Positions 27,024-37,999 of a stretch of DNA of 64,000 bases are shown here, piece after piece. The notes under the pieces were generated by a model. The model did no database searches, had not been told where the DNA came from, and saw only the letters and a list, made by a program, of their open reading frames with translations. The translations under genes were made by a program, and so were the position numbers. How positions within the stretch are numbered: position 1 is the first letter of the stretch; every line of letters starts with the position of its first letter. This stretch comes from an uncultured Methanosarcinales archaeon (GTDB lineage Archaea > Nanobdellota > Nanobdellia > Woesearchaeales > GW2011-AR9), in NCBI GenBank assembly GCA_964510085.1, contig CAZEAB010000002.1, positions 35,567 through 99,566 on the forward strand, given 5' to 3'.

Positions 27024-30000
27024 GTGGTAAATATGGAAAATCAAGAAACAATTACAATGGAAAAACAAGGACTTAAAATTTCACGATATTTTACAGAAGA
27101 CGGCAAAAATCCGTTTGATATGTACACATTTGAAAAACGAAGTTCAACAATAAAAAATCCAGATGGTTCATTAGTATTTAACATGGATGATGTAGAAGTC
27201 CCATCAACATGGACGCAAGTAGCAACAGATATCCTCTCACAAAAATATTTCAGAAAAGCAGGAGTTCCATTACGAAATAACGAAGGAGAACTTCTACTAG
27301 ATGAGAACGGAAAAGTAATAACTGGTTCTGAAACATCAATCAAACAAGTTGCTCACAGAATTGCAGGCTGTTGGAGACATTGGGGAGAAAAATATGGATA
27401 CTTTGCATCTCCACATGACGCAGATATATTCTATGACGAAATGGTATTCATGATTACTGGTCAATATGCTGCACCAAATTCCCCACAATGGTTTACGACA
27501 GGATTAAACTGGGCGTACGGCATTACTGGACCAGCACAAGGACATAGCTATGTAGACCCAACAACCAAAAAATTGGAACTCTCAAAAGACGCATACGTAC
27601 GAAGTCAGCCGCATGCGTGCTTTATTCAATACGTCAACGACGACCTTGTACGGGACGGTGGAATTTTCTCACTTCTAACACGAGAAGCACGAATTTTCAA
27701 ATATGGAAGTGGGACCGGAAGTAATTTCTCAAATTTACGTGGAAGAGGTGAGAACCTATCTGGTGGTGGTTCAAGTTCTGGTTTAATGAGTTTCTTAAAA
27801 ATATTCGACACGGCAGCAGGAAGTATAAAATCCGGTGGAACGACAAGAAGAGCAGCAAAGATGGTATGTCTTGACTTAGATCATCCAGAAATAAAAGATT
27901 TCATTTGGTGGAAGGTGAAAGAAGAAGAAAAAGTAGCAGACCTTGTTGCAGGATCTCGAATTCTTCACAAAAGATTATCTAAATTAATTGATGCAGCAAA
28001 AAATCAAGAGAACCCACTTGCAATACCAGCAGTACAAACAATGATTCGTGAAGCTGTACAAGATGAAATACCAATAAACTATTTAGTACGATCGTTAGAT
28101 TTAGCAAAGCAAGGATATGAAATGCCATTGGAAGTCTTTGACACACATTACGAGTCGGAAGCATATCAAACAGTTTCAGGACAAAATTCAAACAACTCCG
28201 TTCGAATTCCAAATACCTTCTTTCATGCTCTTAAAACAGGAAATGAATGGGAACTCAAAAGTAGAACAGATGGGAGTACTATCTCTACAGTCTCCCCACA
28301 AGAATTATGGGATGATATTGGATACTGTGCGTGGGCTTCAGCAGATCCAGGAGTGCAATTTGATACCACCATCAATGAATGGCACACCTGTCCAGCTGGA
28401 GGAAGGATTAACGGAAGTAATCCATGCAGTGAATATATGTTCCTTGATGACACAGCATGTAACCTTGCATCTATCAACTTACGAAAATTCTATGATGATA
28501 CAAATAACACATTCGACGTAGTTGGATACAGACACGCAATTCGTCTATGGACTATCGCATTAGAAATATCTGTATTAATGGCACACTTCCCCTCAGAAAA
28601 AATTGCAGAACGTTCCTATCTTTACAGGACTCTAGGTTTAGGATATGCAAATGTAGGTTCTCTATTAATGATGAAAGGAATTACATACGATAGTGATGAA
28701 GGAAGAGCAATTGCAGGAGCTATGGCGGCAATCTTAACAGGAGATTCATATGCAACCTCTGCAGAACTCGCAAAAACACTTGGAGCATTTGAAGAATACG
28801 AAAAAAACAAAGAACCAATGTTACAAGTTATCAGAAACCATAGACGTGCTGCATACAATCAAACAGATTATGAAGGATTGTCAGTTACGCCATTAGGAAT
28901 CAACCAGGAATTATGTCCTCAAAATTTACTAAAAGCAGCTCATAGTGCGTGGGATAATGCACTTGAATGGGGGACACAATACGGATTTCGAAATGCACAA
29001 ACAACAGTTATTGCACCAACTGGAACAATTGGCTTAGTAATGGATTGTGATACAACAGGAGTAGAACCAGACTATGCACTTGTTAAATTTAAAAAATTAG
29101 CAGGTGGCGGTTTCTTTAAAATCGTAAACCAATCCGTTCCAAAAGCACTTCTTAATTTGGGATATGAAGAAAATGAAGTTCGAGAGATTATTGCATATTG
29201 CCTAGGAAGAGGCACGTTTGATGGTTCACCGACAATTAACAGAGAATCATTACTTGCAAAAGGACTTGATGAAAAACAGATTTCGGCAGTTGAAAAAGAA
29301 CTTGGAAATTCAATGGATATAACCTTTATGTTTAATGAATTTACCCTCGGTGAAGAATTTTACAAAAGCAAAATTGGAAACAACAAAAACTTTCTTCACG
29401 TAATTGGTTTCACTCAAGAAGACATAACTAAAGCAAATAATTACATCTGCGGAACAATGACTTTAGAAGGAGCACCACATTTGAAAGAAGAACACTACCC
29501 TGTGTTTGATTGTGCAAATAAATGTGGAAATACTGGAACAAGGTACATCCATCCGTATGGTCACATGAAAATGCTTGCTGCAGTTCAACCATTCATATCT
29601 GGTGCAATTTCAAAAACAATTAACATGCCACGGGAATGGACTGTTGAACAAATAAAGAAAGCATACCAAGATTCATGGAAAATGATGATTAAAGCAGTTG
29701 CTCTATATCGAGACGGATGTAAATTATCACAACCTCTAAATGCAACATTAAGTGAATCATCTGAATTTGCAAAGATACTTGCAGCACCAACAACAAAGGT
29801 AACAACACAAACTGCTTCGGAACCACTTGCACAGACCCCACTAGCTGCTCTTACAAGAATCATTAAACAAGTTCAAGTTGGAATGAAAAAAGTGGCATAC
29901 CATGCAGAGATTCACACAGATGTTTTAACAAACGTTAATATTCAGATGGAATGGGTCTCACCAATTCAGAAAGTAACCATGGACGCACTTTGTAATGTTG

Positions 30001-30323
30001 TAAACCTAAGTCTGCAGCAAGGAATTTCTCCTCGATTAATAGCAGAACAAAGTTTAACCATAGAAGGTAACCCAATCATAACAGAGTTACGCGACTTTTT
30101 AATTGATTTTGAACCAACAACTACTGATTCAATACCAGCAGGTAGTACAGTTCAAGAACAAGCTCAAGAAACACAACAAGAGATACAACAAGAAACATCC
30201 ACTGTATCATTTCAAGATACAAATGAAAAAACTAAATGTGCTGGTTGTGGTGCAACACAAATGAGACAGAACGGAACCTGCATGCTTTGTGAAGTATGTG
30301 GGGATACAACCGGATGTAGTTAA
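27024..30323 (+). CDS. nrdJ: Ribonucleotide reductase class II (adenosylcobalamin-dependent), long form with a C-terminal zinc ribbon
   Basis: 1099 aa. It has the active-site Cys motifs (…PHACFIQ…, [21 protein letters not shown]) and a C-terminal CAGCG…CMLCEVCG ribbon. No ATP cone. Confidence 0.9.
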   Translation: MVNMENQETITMEKQGLKISRYFTEDGKNPFDMYTFEKRSSTIKNPDGSLVFNMDDVEVPSTWTQVATDILSQKYFRKAGVPLRNNEGELLLDENGKVITGSETSIKQVAHRIAGCWRHWGEKYGYFASPHDADIFYDEMVFMITGQYAAPNSPQWFTTGLNWAYGITGPAQGHSYVDPTTKKLELSKDAYVRSQPHACFIQYVNDDLVRDGGIFSLLTREARIFKYGSGTGSNFSNLRGRGENLSGGGSSSGLMSFLKIFDTAAGSIKSGGTTRRAAKMVCLDLDHPEIKDFIWWKVKEEEKVADLVAGSRILHKRLSKLIDAAKNQENPLAIPAVQTMIREAVQDEIPINYLVRSLDLAKQGYEMPLEVFDTHYESEAYQTVSGQNSNNSVRIPNTFFHALKTGNEWELKSRTDGSTISTVSPQELWDDIGYCAWASADPGVQFDTTINEWHTCPAGGRINGSNPCSEYMFLDDTACNLASINLRKFYDDTNNTFDVVGYRHAIRLWTIALEISVLMAHFPSEKIAERSYLYRTLGLGYANVGSLLMMKGITYDSDEGRAIAGAMAAILTGDSYATSAELAKTLGAFEEYEKNKEPMLQVIRNHRRAAYNQTDYEGLSVTPLGINQELCPQNLLKAAHSAWDNALEWGTQYGFRNAQTTVIAPTGTIGLVMDCDTTGVEPDYALVKFKKLAGGGFFKIVNQSVPKALLNLGYEENEVREIIAYCLGRGTFDGSPTINRESLLAKGLDEKQISAVEKELGNSMDITFMFNEFTLGEEFYKSKIGNNKNFLHVIGFTQEDITKANNYICGTMTLEGAPHLKEEHYPVFDCANKCGNTGTRYIHPYGHMKMLAAVQPFISGAISKTINMPREWTVEQIKKAYQDSWKMMIKAVALYRDGCKLSQPLNATLSESSEFAKILAAPTTKVTTQTASEPLAQTPLAALTRIIKQVQVGMKKVAYHAEIHTDVLTNVNIQMEWVSPIQKVTMDALCNVVNLSLQQGISPRLIAEQSLTIEGNPIITELRDFLIDFEPTTTDSIPAGSTVQEQAQETQQEIQQETSTVSFQDTNEKTKCAGCGATQMRQNGTCMLCEVCGDTTGCS

Positions 30324-30334
30324 GGAGGAATATT

Positions 30335-32386
30335 ATGAATGCTTCAGTACAAACAACAAAAATAAAACATGTTGTGAAGCGTGATGGAAGACGTGCGGAT
30401 TTTAATATTAATAAGATAGTTGAAGCAATATTCAAAGCAGCTCAATCTGTTGGTGGGGATAATAGAGACCTTGCACTTAACTTAGCATATCAAGTTCTCG
30501 AACAGCTAGAAGAGAGATATGATGAACCAACAGTAGAAAATCTTCAAGATTTAGTTGAAAGAATTCTTATCGAAAATGGACACGTACGTACAGCAAAAGC
30601 ATACATTCTTTATCGGTACAAAAAAACTAAAGAACGAGAGCGAAGTGCAATAATTCTTGGAAAGAAAGACACCTCTGATAGTTTAAACTTTACTTATGAC
30701 GCATTAAAAATACTTGAACGAAGATATCTATTAAGAGATAAAACAGGTGTAGCAGAAACACCTCGTGACATGATTTGGCGTGTTGCACTTAATGTTGCAA
30801 AAGCAGATAGTCTCTACGGATTAACGGAAGAACAAGTTGAAGAAACAGCTTCTAAATTCTTTGACATAATGGCTTCATTAAAATTTCTTCCTAACTCCCC
30901 TACTTTAATTAACGCAGGTGCAAAAGTCCAACAACTACCTGCATGTTTTGTACTTCCTGTTGAAGATAAAATGGAAGGCATTTTCAAAACTCTTCATGAT
31001 GCTGCTGTAATACACCAACGAGGTGCAGGAACGGGATTTAGTTTTTCCCGTCTTAGACCAAAGAATGATCCCGTTAGTAAAAATAAAGGAGTTGCAGCAG
31101 GCCCAGTAGCATTCATGAACGTCTTTGATAAAGCACTCGAATCAATAAAACAAGGAGGAGTACGTCCTGGAGCGAATATGGCCGTACTTCGAGTAGATCA
31201 TCCCGATGTCATACGATTTATTGAATGTAAAAGAAACAAGAACCGACTTAAGAACTTCAATGTTTCAGTTGCAGTGACAGATAGATTCATGCGAGCTGTT
31301 GAAGAAGATAGAGAATATTTCATTAAAAATCCAAGAACCAACAAATTTTTTGGGAAGTTACGTGCAAGAGACGTATTTGCAGTTATAACTCAAAACGCAT
31401 GGAAAACAGGAGATCCCGGATTAATATTCATAGACGAAATTAATCGTAAACACCCAGCAAAACACCTTGGCGAGATAGAAACAACCAACCAGTGTGCTGA
31501 AGCACCACTTCTTCCAAACGAATCTTGTTGTCTTGGTTCTATAGATGTTAATAAATTTGTTATGAGGAACCACTTTAATTGGACTGGATTAAAAGAAACA
31601 GTTAGAACCTCTGTACACTTCTTAGATAATGCAATAGATGTCACAACATACTCCACAAAAGAAACTGAAGAAGCAACAAAACTCACGCGTAAATTTGGAT
31701 TAGGTATAATGGGCTTTGCTGACATGTTAATGAATCTTGGAATCAAATATGATTCAGAACAAGGATTGGAAATTGGCGAGAAATTAATGAAATTCATCAA
31801 AGACGCCGCATATGAAATGTCAGAAGAACTCGCAAAAAAAAGAGGAGTTTGCCCTGCATGGAAAGGATCTGAACACGAACGAGTTGGAAGAAAAATTAGA
31901 AACATGACTTGCATAGCTCTTTCACCAACTGGCACTCGAAGTATTTTTGCAGACACCTCACCGGGATGTGAACCAGCATTTGCAATTAGTTATCATAAAA
32001 CCGTATTAGACAGCAACCAACTTGTATCTCTTAACAAAGCATTTGAGAGAGTAGCACATGAAAGAGAATTTTACTCTCCTGAACTAATCAACAAAGTCAC
32101 AAAATTAGGAAGCATTCAATCAATAAAAGAAATACCAAAAGACGTACGTGACATATTTGTAACAGCACAAGATATTGACCCAGAATGGCATATACGAATG
32201 CAAGCAACTTTACAGAAACACGTGGATAACGCAATATCAAAAACAATAAATTTTCCACGAACTGCCGCAATTAGAGATGTAGAAAATGCATACCTTCTTG
32301 CATGGAAAGCAAGATGTAAAGGAATAACAATTTACCGTGATGGAAGTTATGAAGATCAAGTAATTACAATAGGAGAAGGATTATGA
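30335..32386 (+). CDS. nrdJ: Ribonucleotide reductase class II, second paralog with an N-terminal ATP-cone
   Basis: 683 aa. It has an ATP-cone (VVKRDGRRADFNINKI), active-site motifs (LPACFVLPV; TNQCAEAPLLPNESCCLGSID) and a GGAGG element before the ATG. Confidence 0.85.
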   Translation: MNASVQTTKIKHVVKRDGRRADFNINKIVEAIFKAAQSVGGDNRDLALNLAYQVLEQLEERYDEPTVENLQDLVERILIENGHVRTAKAYILYRYKKTKERERSAIILGKKDTSDSLNFTYDALKILERRYLLRDKTGVAETPRDMIWRVALNVAKADSLYGLTEEQVEETASKFFDIMASLKFLPNSPTLINAGAKVQQLPACFVLPVEDKMEGIFKTLHDAAVIHQRGAGTGFSFSRLRPKNDPVSKNKGVAAGPVAFMNVFDKALESIKQGGVRPGANMAVLRVDHPDVIRFIECKRNKNRLKNFNVSVAVTDRFMRAVEEDREYFIKNPRTNKFFGKLRARDVFAVITQNAWKTGDPGLIFIDEINRKHPAKHLGEIETTNQCAEAPLLPNESCCLGSIDVNKFVMRNHFNWTGLKETVRTSVHFLDNAIDVTTYSTKETEEATKLTRKFGLGIMGFADMLMNLGIKYDSEQGLEIGEKLMKFIKDAAYEMSEELAKKRGVCPAWKGSEHERVGRKIRNMTCIALSPTGTRSIFADTSPGCEPAFAISYHKTVLDSNQLVSLNKAFERVAHEREFYSPELINKVTKLGSIQSIKEIPKDVRDIFVTAQDIDPEWHIRMQATLQKHVDNAISKTINFPRTAAIRDVENAYLLAWKARCKGITIYRDGSYEDQVITIGEGL

Positions 32387-32958
32387 AAGTCTATACAAAA
32401 ATAGGAGATCAGGGAAAAACACAATTTTTCGGATGCGGATTAATTTCAAAAGATGATCCTAGGATAGATGCCCTTGGCGCTTTTGATGAACTAAACTCTG
32501 TAATCGGACTAACTCTTAGCTTTGTAGAAGATGAAAGAATGGTAGCCCATCTCACAAAAATGCAACATGATTTATTCCAACTTAGTGCAGACTTAGTAGG
32601 TAGTGCCCTTCGCCCAGAATCACTTCCTCGAATTACACAAGAACATATTGACCATTTAGAAAAAGAAATAGACATATTAGAAGAAAAATTAGGCATGCCA
32701 ACAAGTTTTATTCTTCCAGGAGGAACAAAAGCAAGCGCATTCCTTCATCTATGTAGGGTTATTACAAGACGTGCTGAACGAACACTCGTTTGCGTAAAGA
32801 ATAAAAATGCAATACACATTAACCCAGAAATGCTAAGATTTGTTAACAGACTTAGCGACTTCCTTTACGTACTTGCACGTCAAGCAAATAAAGAAGTTAA
32901 CATGAGCGAACAAAAACCAATATACAAATACTTTAAAGAGGTACAAAATGACATTTGA
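32383..32958 (+). CDS. pduO: ATP:cob(I)alamin adenosyltransferase, PduO type
   Basis: The N-terminal signature of PduO/MMAB (KIYTKIGDQGKTQFFGCGLISKDDPRIDALGAFDELNS) is present. It overlaps the stop of the second nrdJ by 4 nt. Confidence 0.8.
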   Translation: MKVYTKIGDQGKTQFFGCGLISKDDPRIDALGAFDELNSVIGLTLSFVEDERMVAHLTKMQHDLFQLSADLVGSALRPESLPRITQEHIDHLEKEIDILEEKLGMPTSFILPGGTKASAFLHLCRVITRRAERTLVCVKNKNAIHINPEMLRFVNRLSDFLYVLARQANKEVNMSEQKPIYKYFKEVQNDI

Positions 32959-33457
32959 ACACATAGATAAGGAATTACAAAAAGAAATACATACAGCAAT
33001 AAAACATTTGCTAAAACAATTCCATGAAGCTGAAGAAATGGAACAAGTTATCACAAATGCTGGTGAAACCGTCAGCAAAGATGATGTAAAAAGATTATCC
33101 TGGTTATATCGTCATTTATCTCACGAAGAAAAAGAAGTTGCCGAAGAAGAAGGAGAGATATTAGATTTACTAGAAGAATTAAAAAAATTCATATCTAAAG
33201 CAGCACAACAACAGGAAGAACAATTCCATCAACAATTAGATGTAGCAGCAGCACATTTGAAAATTCTTGCCTCATTCAATGATGGAGAGCTGGCGAAAGC
33301 ACTTGCAGCATGCCAAGACGATTTTAACATTGCAGAACACAAAGAAGAATGGGAAAAGTTAGAAAAAGTTCTTGTTGATTTAGTTCAATGGATTAAGAAC
33401 AACGCAGCTATACTCAAATTACTGGAAGAATGGGAAGAAGGTTTGAATGAGGGGTGA
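32948..33457 (+). CDS. Acidic alpha-helical hypothetical protein
   Basis: 169 aa E/Q-rich ORF overlapping pduO by 11 nt. Confidence 0.4.
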   Translation: MTFEHIDKELQKEIHTAIKHLLKQFHEAEEMEQVITNAGETVSKDDVKRLSWLYRHLSHEEKEVAEEEGEILDLLEELKKFISKAAQQQEEQFHQQLDVAAAHLKILASFNDGELAKALAACQDDFNIAEHKEEWEKLEKVLVDLVQWIKNNAAILKLLEEWEEGLNEG

Positions 33458-33468
33458 TATTTTAATTA

Positions 33469-34341
33469 TTACCTCTTCAATTCCTTCACCAACAACGAAG
33501 TCACATCAATCTTATTTGTTTTATGTTCAATACAATTAGTTGTAATAACCTTATCAAAATATTTCTTCATCTGATCAACAGCTTTCTCAACAAACAAACC
33601 ATGAACTCCAATCGCAGTAACCGACTTCGCACCTAACTTTCTCGCCTTCTTCGCACCTTCAATCATAGTATGACCAGTAGAAATAATGTCATCAATAATA
33701 ACCACATTTTTTCCTTTCATTTCAATCGGTTTAATCATCTTACTCGTAACAGTTCGAGAAGAATATCTTGTCTTCGCTAAACACGTAGATTCAGATCCAA
33801 CCATCTTAGCAATAACATCTGCCCATTGGTATGACTCCCAATCGGGTCCGATAATAACCACATTCTTCATTTTCTTTTTAATAAACTCAGCAATAACAGT
33901 ATTTGCAGTCAACTTCTTTGTAGAAATTGTAAAAATATCTTTTAACGACTTATACCTATGTAAATGCGGATCAATAGTAATAATCTTATCAATAGAATTA
34001 TTCAACAACTTAGCCATAATCCTGCTTGTAATAGCCTCACCGGGATGAAACCTCTTATCCTGCCTCATATACGCAAGATACGGGGCAACCAAAATAACTT
34101 TCTTCGCTCCCAAATCCTTAGCAGTCTCTGCAGCAACAACAACATCAAACAAACTCATATCAGAATGAGGTTGAAATGATTGAACTATAACCACTTTCTT
34201 TCCTTTTACAGAGGTATTAAACTTCAAATAAATATCTCCATCTGGAAATGAAGAAATAGTAAGAGGAGAAAACTTCGCTTTAACCTTCTTTGCAAGAGCC
34301 TTTGCAATAGGAATAGAATTCCCACAAGTAGTAATTATCAT
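33469..34341 (-). CDS. prs: Ribose-phosphate pyrophosphokinase (PRPP synthetase)
   Basis: It has two PRTase-type domains with the PRPP-binding loop (VIIDDIISTGHTM). Confidence 0.85.
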   Translation of the reverse strand: MIITTCGNSIPIAKALAKKVKAKFSPLTISSFPDGDIYLKFNTSVKGKKVVIVQSFQPHSDMSLFDVVVAAETAKDLGAKKVILVAPYLAYMRQDKRFHPGEAITSRIMAKLLNNSIDKIITIDPHLHRYKSLKDIFTISTKKLTANTVIAEFIKKKMKNVVIIGPDWESYQWADVIAKMVGSESTCLAKTRYSSRTVTSKMIKPIEMKGKNVVIIDDIISTGHTMIEGAKKARKLGAKSVTAIGVHGLFVEKAVDQMKKYFDKVITTNCIEHKTNKIDVTSLLVKELKR

Positions 34342-34425
34342 ATGAACCTCTTTTTTTAATATTAAATTTTTGAGGTATATAAAGGTAATGATAAGGTATT
34401 TAAATGTTTAAATAATACTATAATC

Positions 34426-34521
34426 ATGAAAAAAGAGAACCTTGCTATAACTATAGCAACTGTTGGCATAATCCTAATTCTAATAACAATTCTCATTGGT
34501 CTTTATTTTCAATTTAGATGA
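34426..34521 (+). CDS. Small membrane peptide (31 aa), hypothetical
   Basis: MKKENLAITIATVGIILILITILIGLYFQFR. It is not in the ORF track (too short) and overlaps the next small membrane ORF by 4 nt. Confidence 0.2.
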   Translation: MKKENLAITIATVGIILILITILIGLYFQFR

Positions 34522-34736
34522 TGCAAACAAAAAAACAGTTACGGCTGGTTGGATATCTGTTTAATTCATATTCAACAATTATCAGTATGGTACTTATTAT
34601 TCTCCAGATTTTCAAAACAGGAAATTTATCTCCCTTAGAAATATCAATGCTAATTAGTTTATCTATTGGCTTTATAATGGTATTATTGCAGATATATTTT
34701 CAGACAACACATAAATTTTATATAATAACCTACTAA
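34518..34736 (+). CDS. Small membrane protein, hypothetical
   Basis: 72 aa with two hydrophobic helices. Confidence 0.3.
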   Translation: MMQTKKQLRLVGYLFNSYSTIISMVLIILQIFKTGNLSPLEISMLISLSIGFIMVLLQIYFQTTHKFYIITY

Positions 34737-34746
34737 CATACTCAAA

Positions 34747-36309
34747 ATGTCAAAAGAATCTAACAAATCAAAAGCATTTCATTGGACGGATGGAGCAGCA
34801 AGAAACATAATTGCAAAACGAGGAGACAAAAAGACTTACGTAGTAGAATCAGGTATCACTCCAAGCGGATTCATTCACCTTGGTAATTTCAGAGAAGCAG
34901 TTACACAAGACCTTGTACGTAAAGGACTAGAACGTGCAGGAAAAAAAGTCAAATTTTTGTATGTTTGGGATGATTATGACGTACTTAGAAAAGTACCAAA
35001 AAATCTTCCAAAACAAGATATGATTAAAGAAAACCTTGGAAGACCTGTTTTCAAAGTTCCAGACCCATTTGAATGCCACAAAAGTTATGCAGAACATTTT
35101 GAAAAAGTGTTTGAAGAAGAAATGAAACAAGTAGGAATTGAATGTACATTTATGTATAGTCATGAACACTATCTTAATTGTGAGTATGCGGATGAAATAA
35201 AAACAGCATTAGAAAACACAGAAAAAATTAAAAATATACTCAATGAATACAGACGAGAACCTCTTGCAAAAGAATGGTTACCAATATTTGTATTCTGTGA
35301 GAAATGTGATAAGGATAAAACCAAAATCACTTGGGAAAAGGGATATGAAGTAAACTATACTTGCGAATGTGGTCACAAGGATACAATTGATTTCAGAAAG
35401 AAAGGAATTGTAACATTACGATGGCGAGTAGACTGGCCAATGCGATGGCACCACAATAAAGTAGATTTTGAATCTGCTGGAAAAGATCATTTTGCATCTG
35501 GTGGTTCTGTAACTACCGGAAGAGAAATTCAAAAGCAAGTTTACAAAACAGAACCCCCTGTTGGATTCATGTACGAATGGATTGGAATTAAAGGAAAAGG
35601 TCAATTTGCATCATCTGCAGGAAATGTAATAACATTAACAGAAATGCTTAAAGTATACGAACCTGCATTAATTAGATATATCTTTGCTGGTACAAGACCT
35701 AACAGAGAATTTTCAATATCATTTGACACAGACGTACTTGCTATCTATGAAGAATTTGATAAAGTAGAAAGAATCTATTTTGGAGAAGATCATAAACACG
35801 CAGCTAAATTAAAAGCAGCATATGAATTAAGCATGAACACAATACCTAAATCACTTCCATATCAACCAAGTATCCGTCATCTATCAATGTTACTTCAGAT
35901 TTACAACTTTGATATGGACAAAGTAATAGGATATTTCTCAAAGGAACTTAAAAATAAATTTGATAAAGACCGTCTTAAAGCAAGAGCAGAATGTGCAGAG
36001 AATTGGGTAAAAGAACATGCACCAGAAGATTTTCGTTTTACTGTACAAGAAAAATCACAAGTAACACTTAGTAAAGAAGGGAAGGAAATTCTACATAAAG
36101 TTGCAGAGAAACTTCAAGAGAAAGATTGGACCGATAAAGAACTTCATGAAGAGATGTATATCCTTTGCACAAATGCAGAATTTCCGCCAGCAGATTTCTT
36201 TAAAACAGCATATCGTGTCTTAATAAACAAAGAGAAAGGCCCTAAACTAGCTTCTTTCATTCTAGAGATTGGAAAAGAAAGGGTTGCAGAACTTTTCAAG
36301 TCGGTGTAG
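34747..36309 (+). CDS. lysK: Lysyl-tRNA synthetase, class I
   Basis: It has the class I HIGH-like HLGN (GFIHLGNFREA) and a KMSKS-like region, with the archaeal LysK length and architecture. Confidence 0.9.
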   Translation: MSKESNKSKAFHWTDGAARNIIAKRGDKKTYVVESGITPSGFIHLGNFREAVTQDLVRKGLERAGKKVKFLYVWDDYDVLRKVPKNLPKQDMIKENLGRPVFKVPDPFECHKSYAEHFEKVFEEEMKQVGIECTFMYSHEHYLNCEYADEIKTALENTEKIKNILNEYRREPLAKEWLPIFVFCEKCDKDKTKITWEKGYEVNYTCECGHKDTIDFRKKGIVTLRWRVDWPMRWHHNKVDFESAGKDHFASGGSVTTGREIQKQVYKTEPPVGFMYEWIGIKGKGQFASSAGNVITLTEMLKVYEPALIRYIFAGTRPNREFSISFDTDVLAIYEEFDKVERIYFGEDHKHAAKLKAAYELSMNTIPKSLPYQPSIRHLSMLLQIYNFDMDKVIGYFSKELKNKFDKDRLKARAECAENWVKEHAPEDFRFTVQEKSQVTLSKEGKEILHKVAEKLQEKDWTDKELHEEMYILCTNAEFPPADFFKTAYRVLINKEKGPKLASFILEIGKERVAELFKSV

Positions 36310-36310
36310 A

Positions 36311-36940
36311 ATGAGCGAGTTAGAGCAATATGTAAATTATTTTAGAGCTGTTGATGTGCCACCAAGTAAAACCCATATTTGTAGAGTAACAGATAGAGGT
36401 GTTTATCTTCCATCAAACCCAGTTCATCTTCTACTTGGATTTATCTATCTCCTTAAGGAGGGTATTATCTCTCAAGATGATAGCTTATTAGATGCAGGGT
36501 CAGGTGATGGTCGAGTTGCAATATTGGGTTCATTGTTAGGAATGAGATCTACAGGAGTTGAGTATGATTCTAAATTAGTTGAATTAGCACGATATCATGC
36601 ACAGCAATTAGGAACAGACACAACATTTTTACAAGGAGATTTTACAGACAATGCAACATATCACCCTGGAAGTTTTAGAGACTTCTCACTTGTTTACAAT
36701 TTTATTAATAACGAAGATAAAGTAGCAGAAAAAATTGCTCAAGATTCAAGGGAAGGAACCAAATTTTTGTTATATGGGTGTGTTGATAACGAACAATTTC
36801 CTGGATTAGACTGTACTGGTGGTTTTAACCTTCACGATGATCTTGTTCCAACAAATCCAATAGCTCCCAGAATTGGTGCAATTCATATTTATCATAAACC
36901 ATTAGGTCAACGTGTTTGGGCTACTACTTCAAGATTATAG
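36311..36940 (+). CDS. Class I SAM-dependent methyltransferase
   Basis: Motif I (LLDAGSGDGRVAILG) is present. The ORF track start (36269) overlaps lysK. The Met at 36311 directly follows the lysK stop. Confidence 0.6.
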   Translation: MSELEQYVNYFRAVDVPPSKTHICRVTDRGVYLPSNPVHLLLGFIYLLKEGIISQDDSLLDAGSGDGRVAILGSLLGMRSTGVEYDSKLVELARYHAQQLGTDTTFLQGDFTDNATYHPGSFRDFSLVYNFINNEDKVAEKIAQDSREGTKFLLYGCVDNEQFPGLDCTGGFNLHDDLVPTNPIAPRIGAIHIYHKPLGQRVWATTSRL

Positions 36941-37012
36941 AAAGTGTGGACGGCAGACAAGTTAAAATCAAAGATTCACAAGCCTGCCTTACCTAATCTA
37001 AGAAATAAAATA

Positions 37013-37145
37013 TGTGGACGGCAGGGTTTGAACCTGCGTAGGCACTAAGCCACTGGGTCCTAAGCATAGCCAGGAAACTCAAGTGAGAATCCTTCCAGCC
37101 CGTTTATATGGCTCCCAGACGGAAGTGACCACTCCGGCACGTCCA
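37013..37145 (-). tRNA. tRNA-Leu (anticodon TAG) with a ~49 nt intron at a non-canonical site in the 5' side of the anticodon stem (30/31–31/32)
   Basis: Hand-folded. The acceptor stem is GTGGACG/CGTCCAC. The anticodon arm CTGGG-CTTAGGA-CCCAG forms only after removing 49 nt. The long variable arm (TGGCTTAGTGCCTAC) is of Leu type and the T-arm is GCAGG-TTCAAAC-CCTGC. Confidence 0.5.
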
Positions 37146-37287
37146 CGTGAAACATGGACTGACGGTTCCGAAAATCTAAGATTTTAGTTACCGGCACGTC
37201 CACGTAAAGAGAATAAAGCAGTGACCTCTTTAAAAACATTTCTACATTTTCATAAACTTTAAAAGAGGACCATACACAAACACCAAT

Positions 37288-37944
37288 ATGAAACTCGTAC
37301 CAATCATATTAATTGCAGTAACATTACTACTAACTGGCTGTCTTACAAACTCTACTGAAACAGGACCTTGTGCAGGACTATCAGATTCAGCGAAAGATGA
37401 ATGTTTCTTTGAAGAGCTATCATGTAGTAAAATTAAGAACGATAAATCACGAGATTCATGTGTTGCAGAACTAGCTAAAGCAAAAGATGATGTAACCGTC
37501 TGTGACTTAATTGTAGATTCCGCAACAAAAGACTTCTGTACTCAGACATTTGCAGTTAAAGAGGGTAATTTTGAAGTTTGTATGGGTATAAAAACCCCCT
37601 ACTGGCAGAATAACTGCTTCAATAGTATCGCAACAGACACAAATGATGACACATTATGTGCGTTTATTGTAAATGACAAACAACGTATAAGTTGCTATAA
37701 AGAAATTGCATTTAAAACAAATAACACAGATTTATGTGTATTTACTGAAGATCGTGATTTTTGTGTATACACCATTGCAAAAAATACAAAAGATTTCAAA
37801 TTATGTGATAAAATTGAAAGTAGTTTGAACCAAAATGCATGTAGATTAAAAGTAGCAAAAGAACGAAATGATAAGAGTTTATGTAAAGAGATTAAAATAG
37901 CCGATTTAGTTCAAATTTGTAACGAACATTTTGATTCAGCTTAA
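37288..37944 (+). CDS. Secreted/lipoprotein-like Cys-rich repeat protein
   Basis: It has a signal peptide with an LLTGC lipobox-like site. About 8 repeats each carry a conserved Cys pair (…D.C….C…). Confidence 0.5.
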   Translation: MKLVPIILIAVTLLLTGCLTNSTETGPCAGLSDSAKDECFFEELSCSKIKNDKSRDSCVAELAKAKDDVTVCDLIVDSATKDFCTQTFAVKEGNFEVCMGIKTPYWQNNCFNSIATDTNDDTLCAFIVNDKQRISCYKEIAFKTNNTDLCVFTEDRDFCVYTIAKNTKDFKLCDKIESSLNQNACRLKVAKERNDKSLCKEIKIADLVQICNEHFDSA

Positions 37945-37999
37945 ATATACCGCAACCTTTATATAACAACAACTTTCTGCGGTTATTGAGGTAATTACA

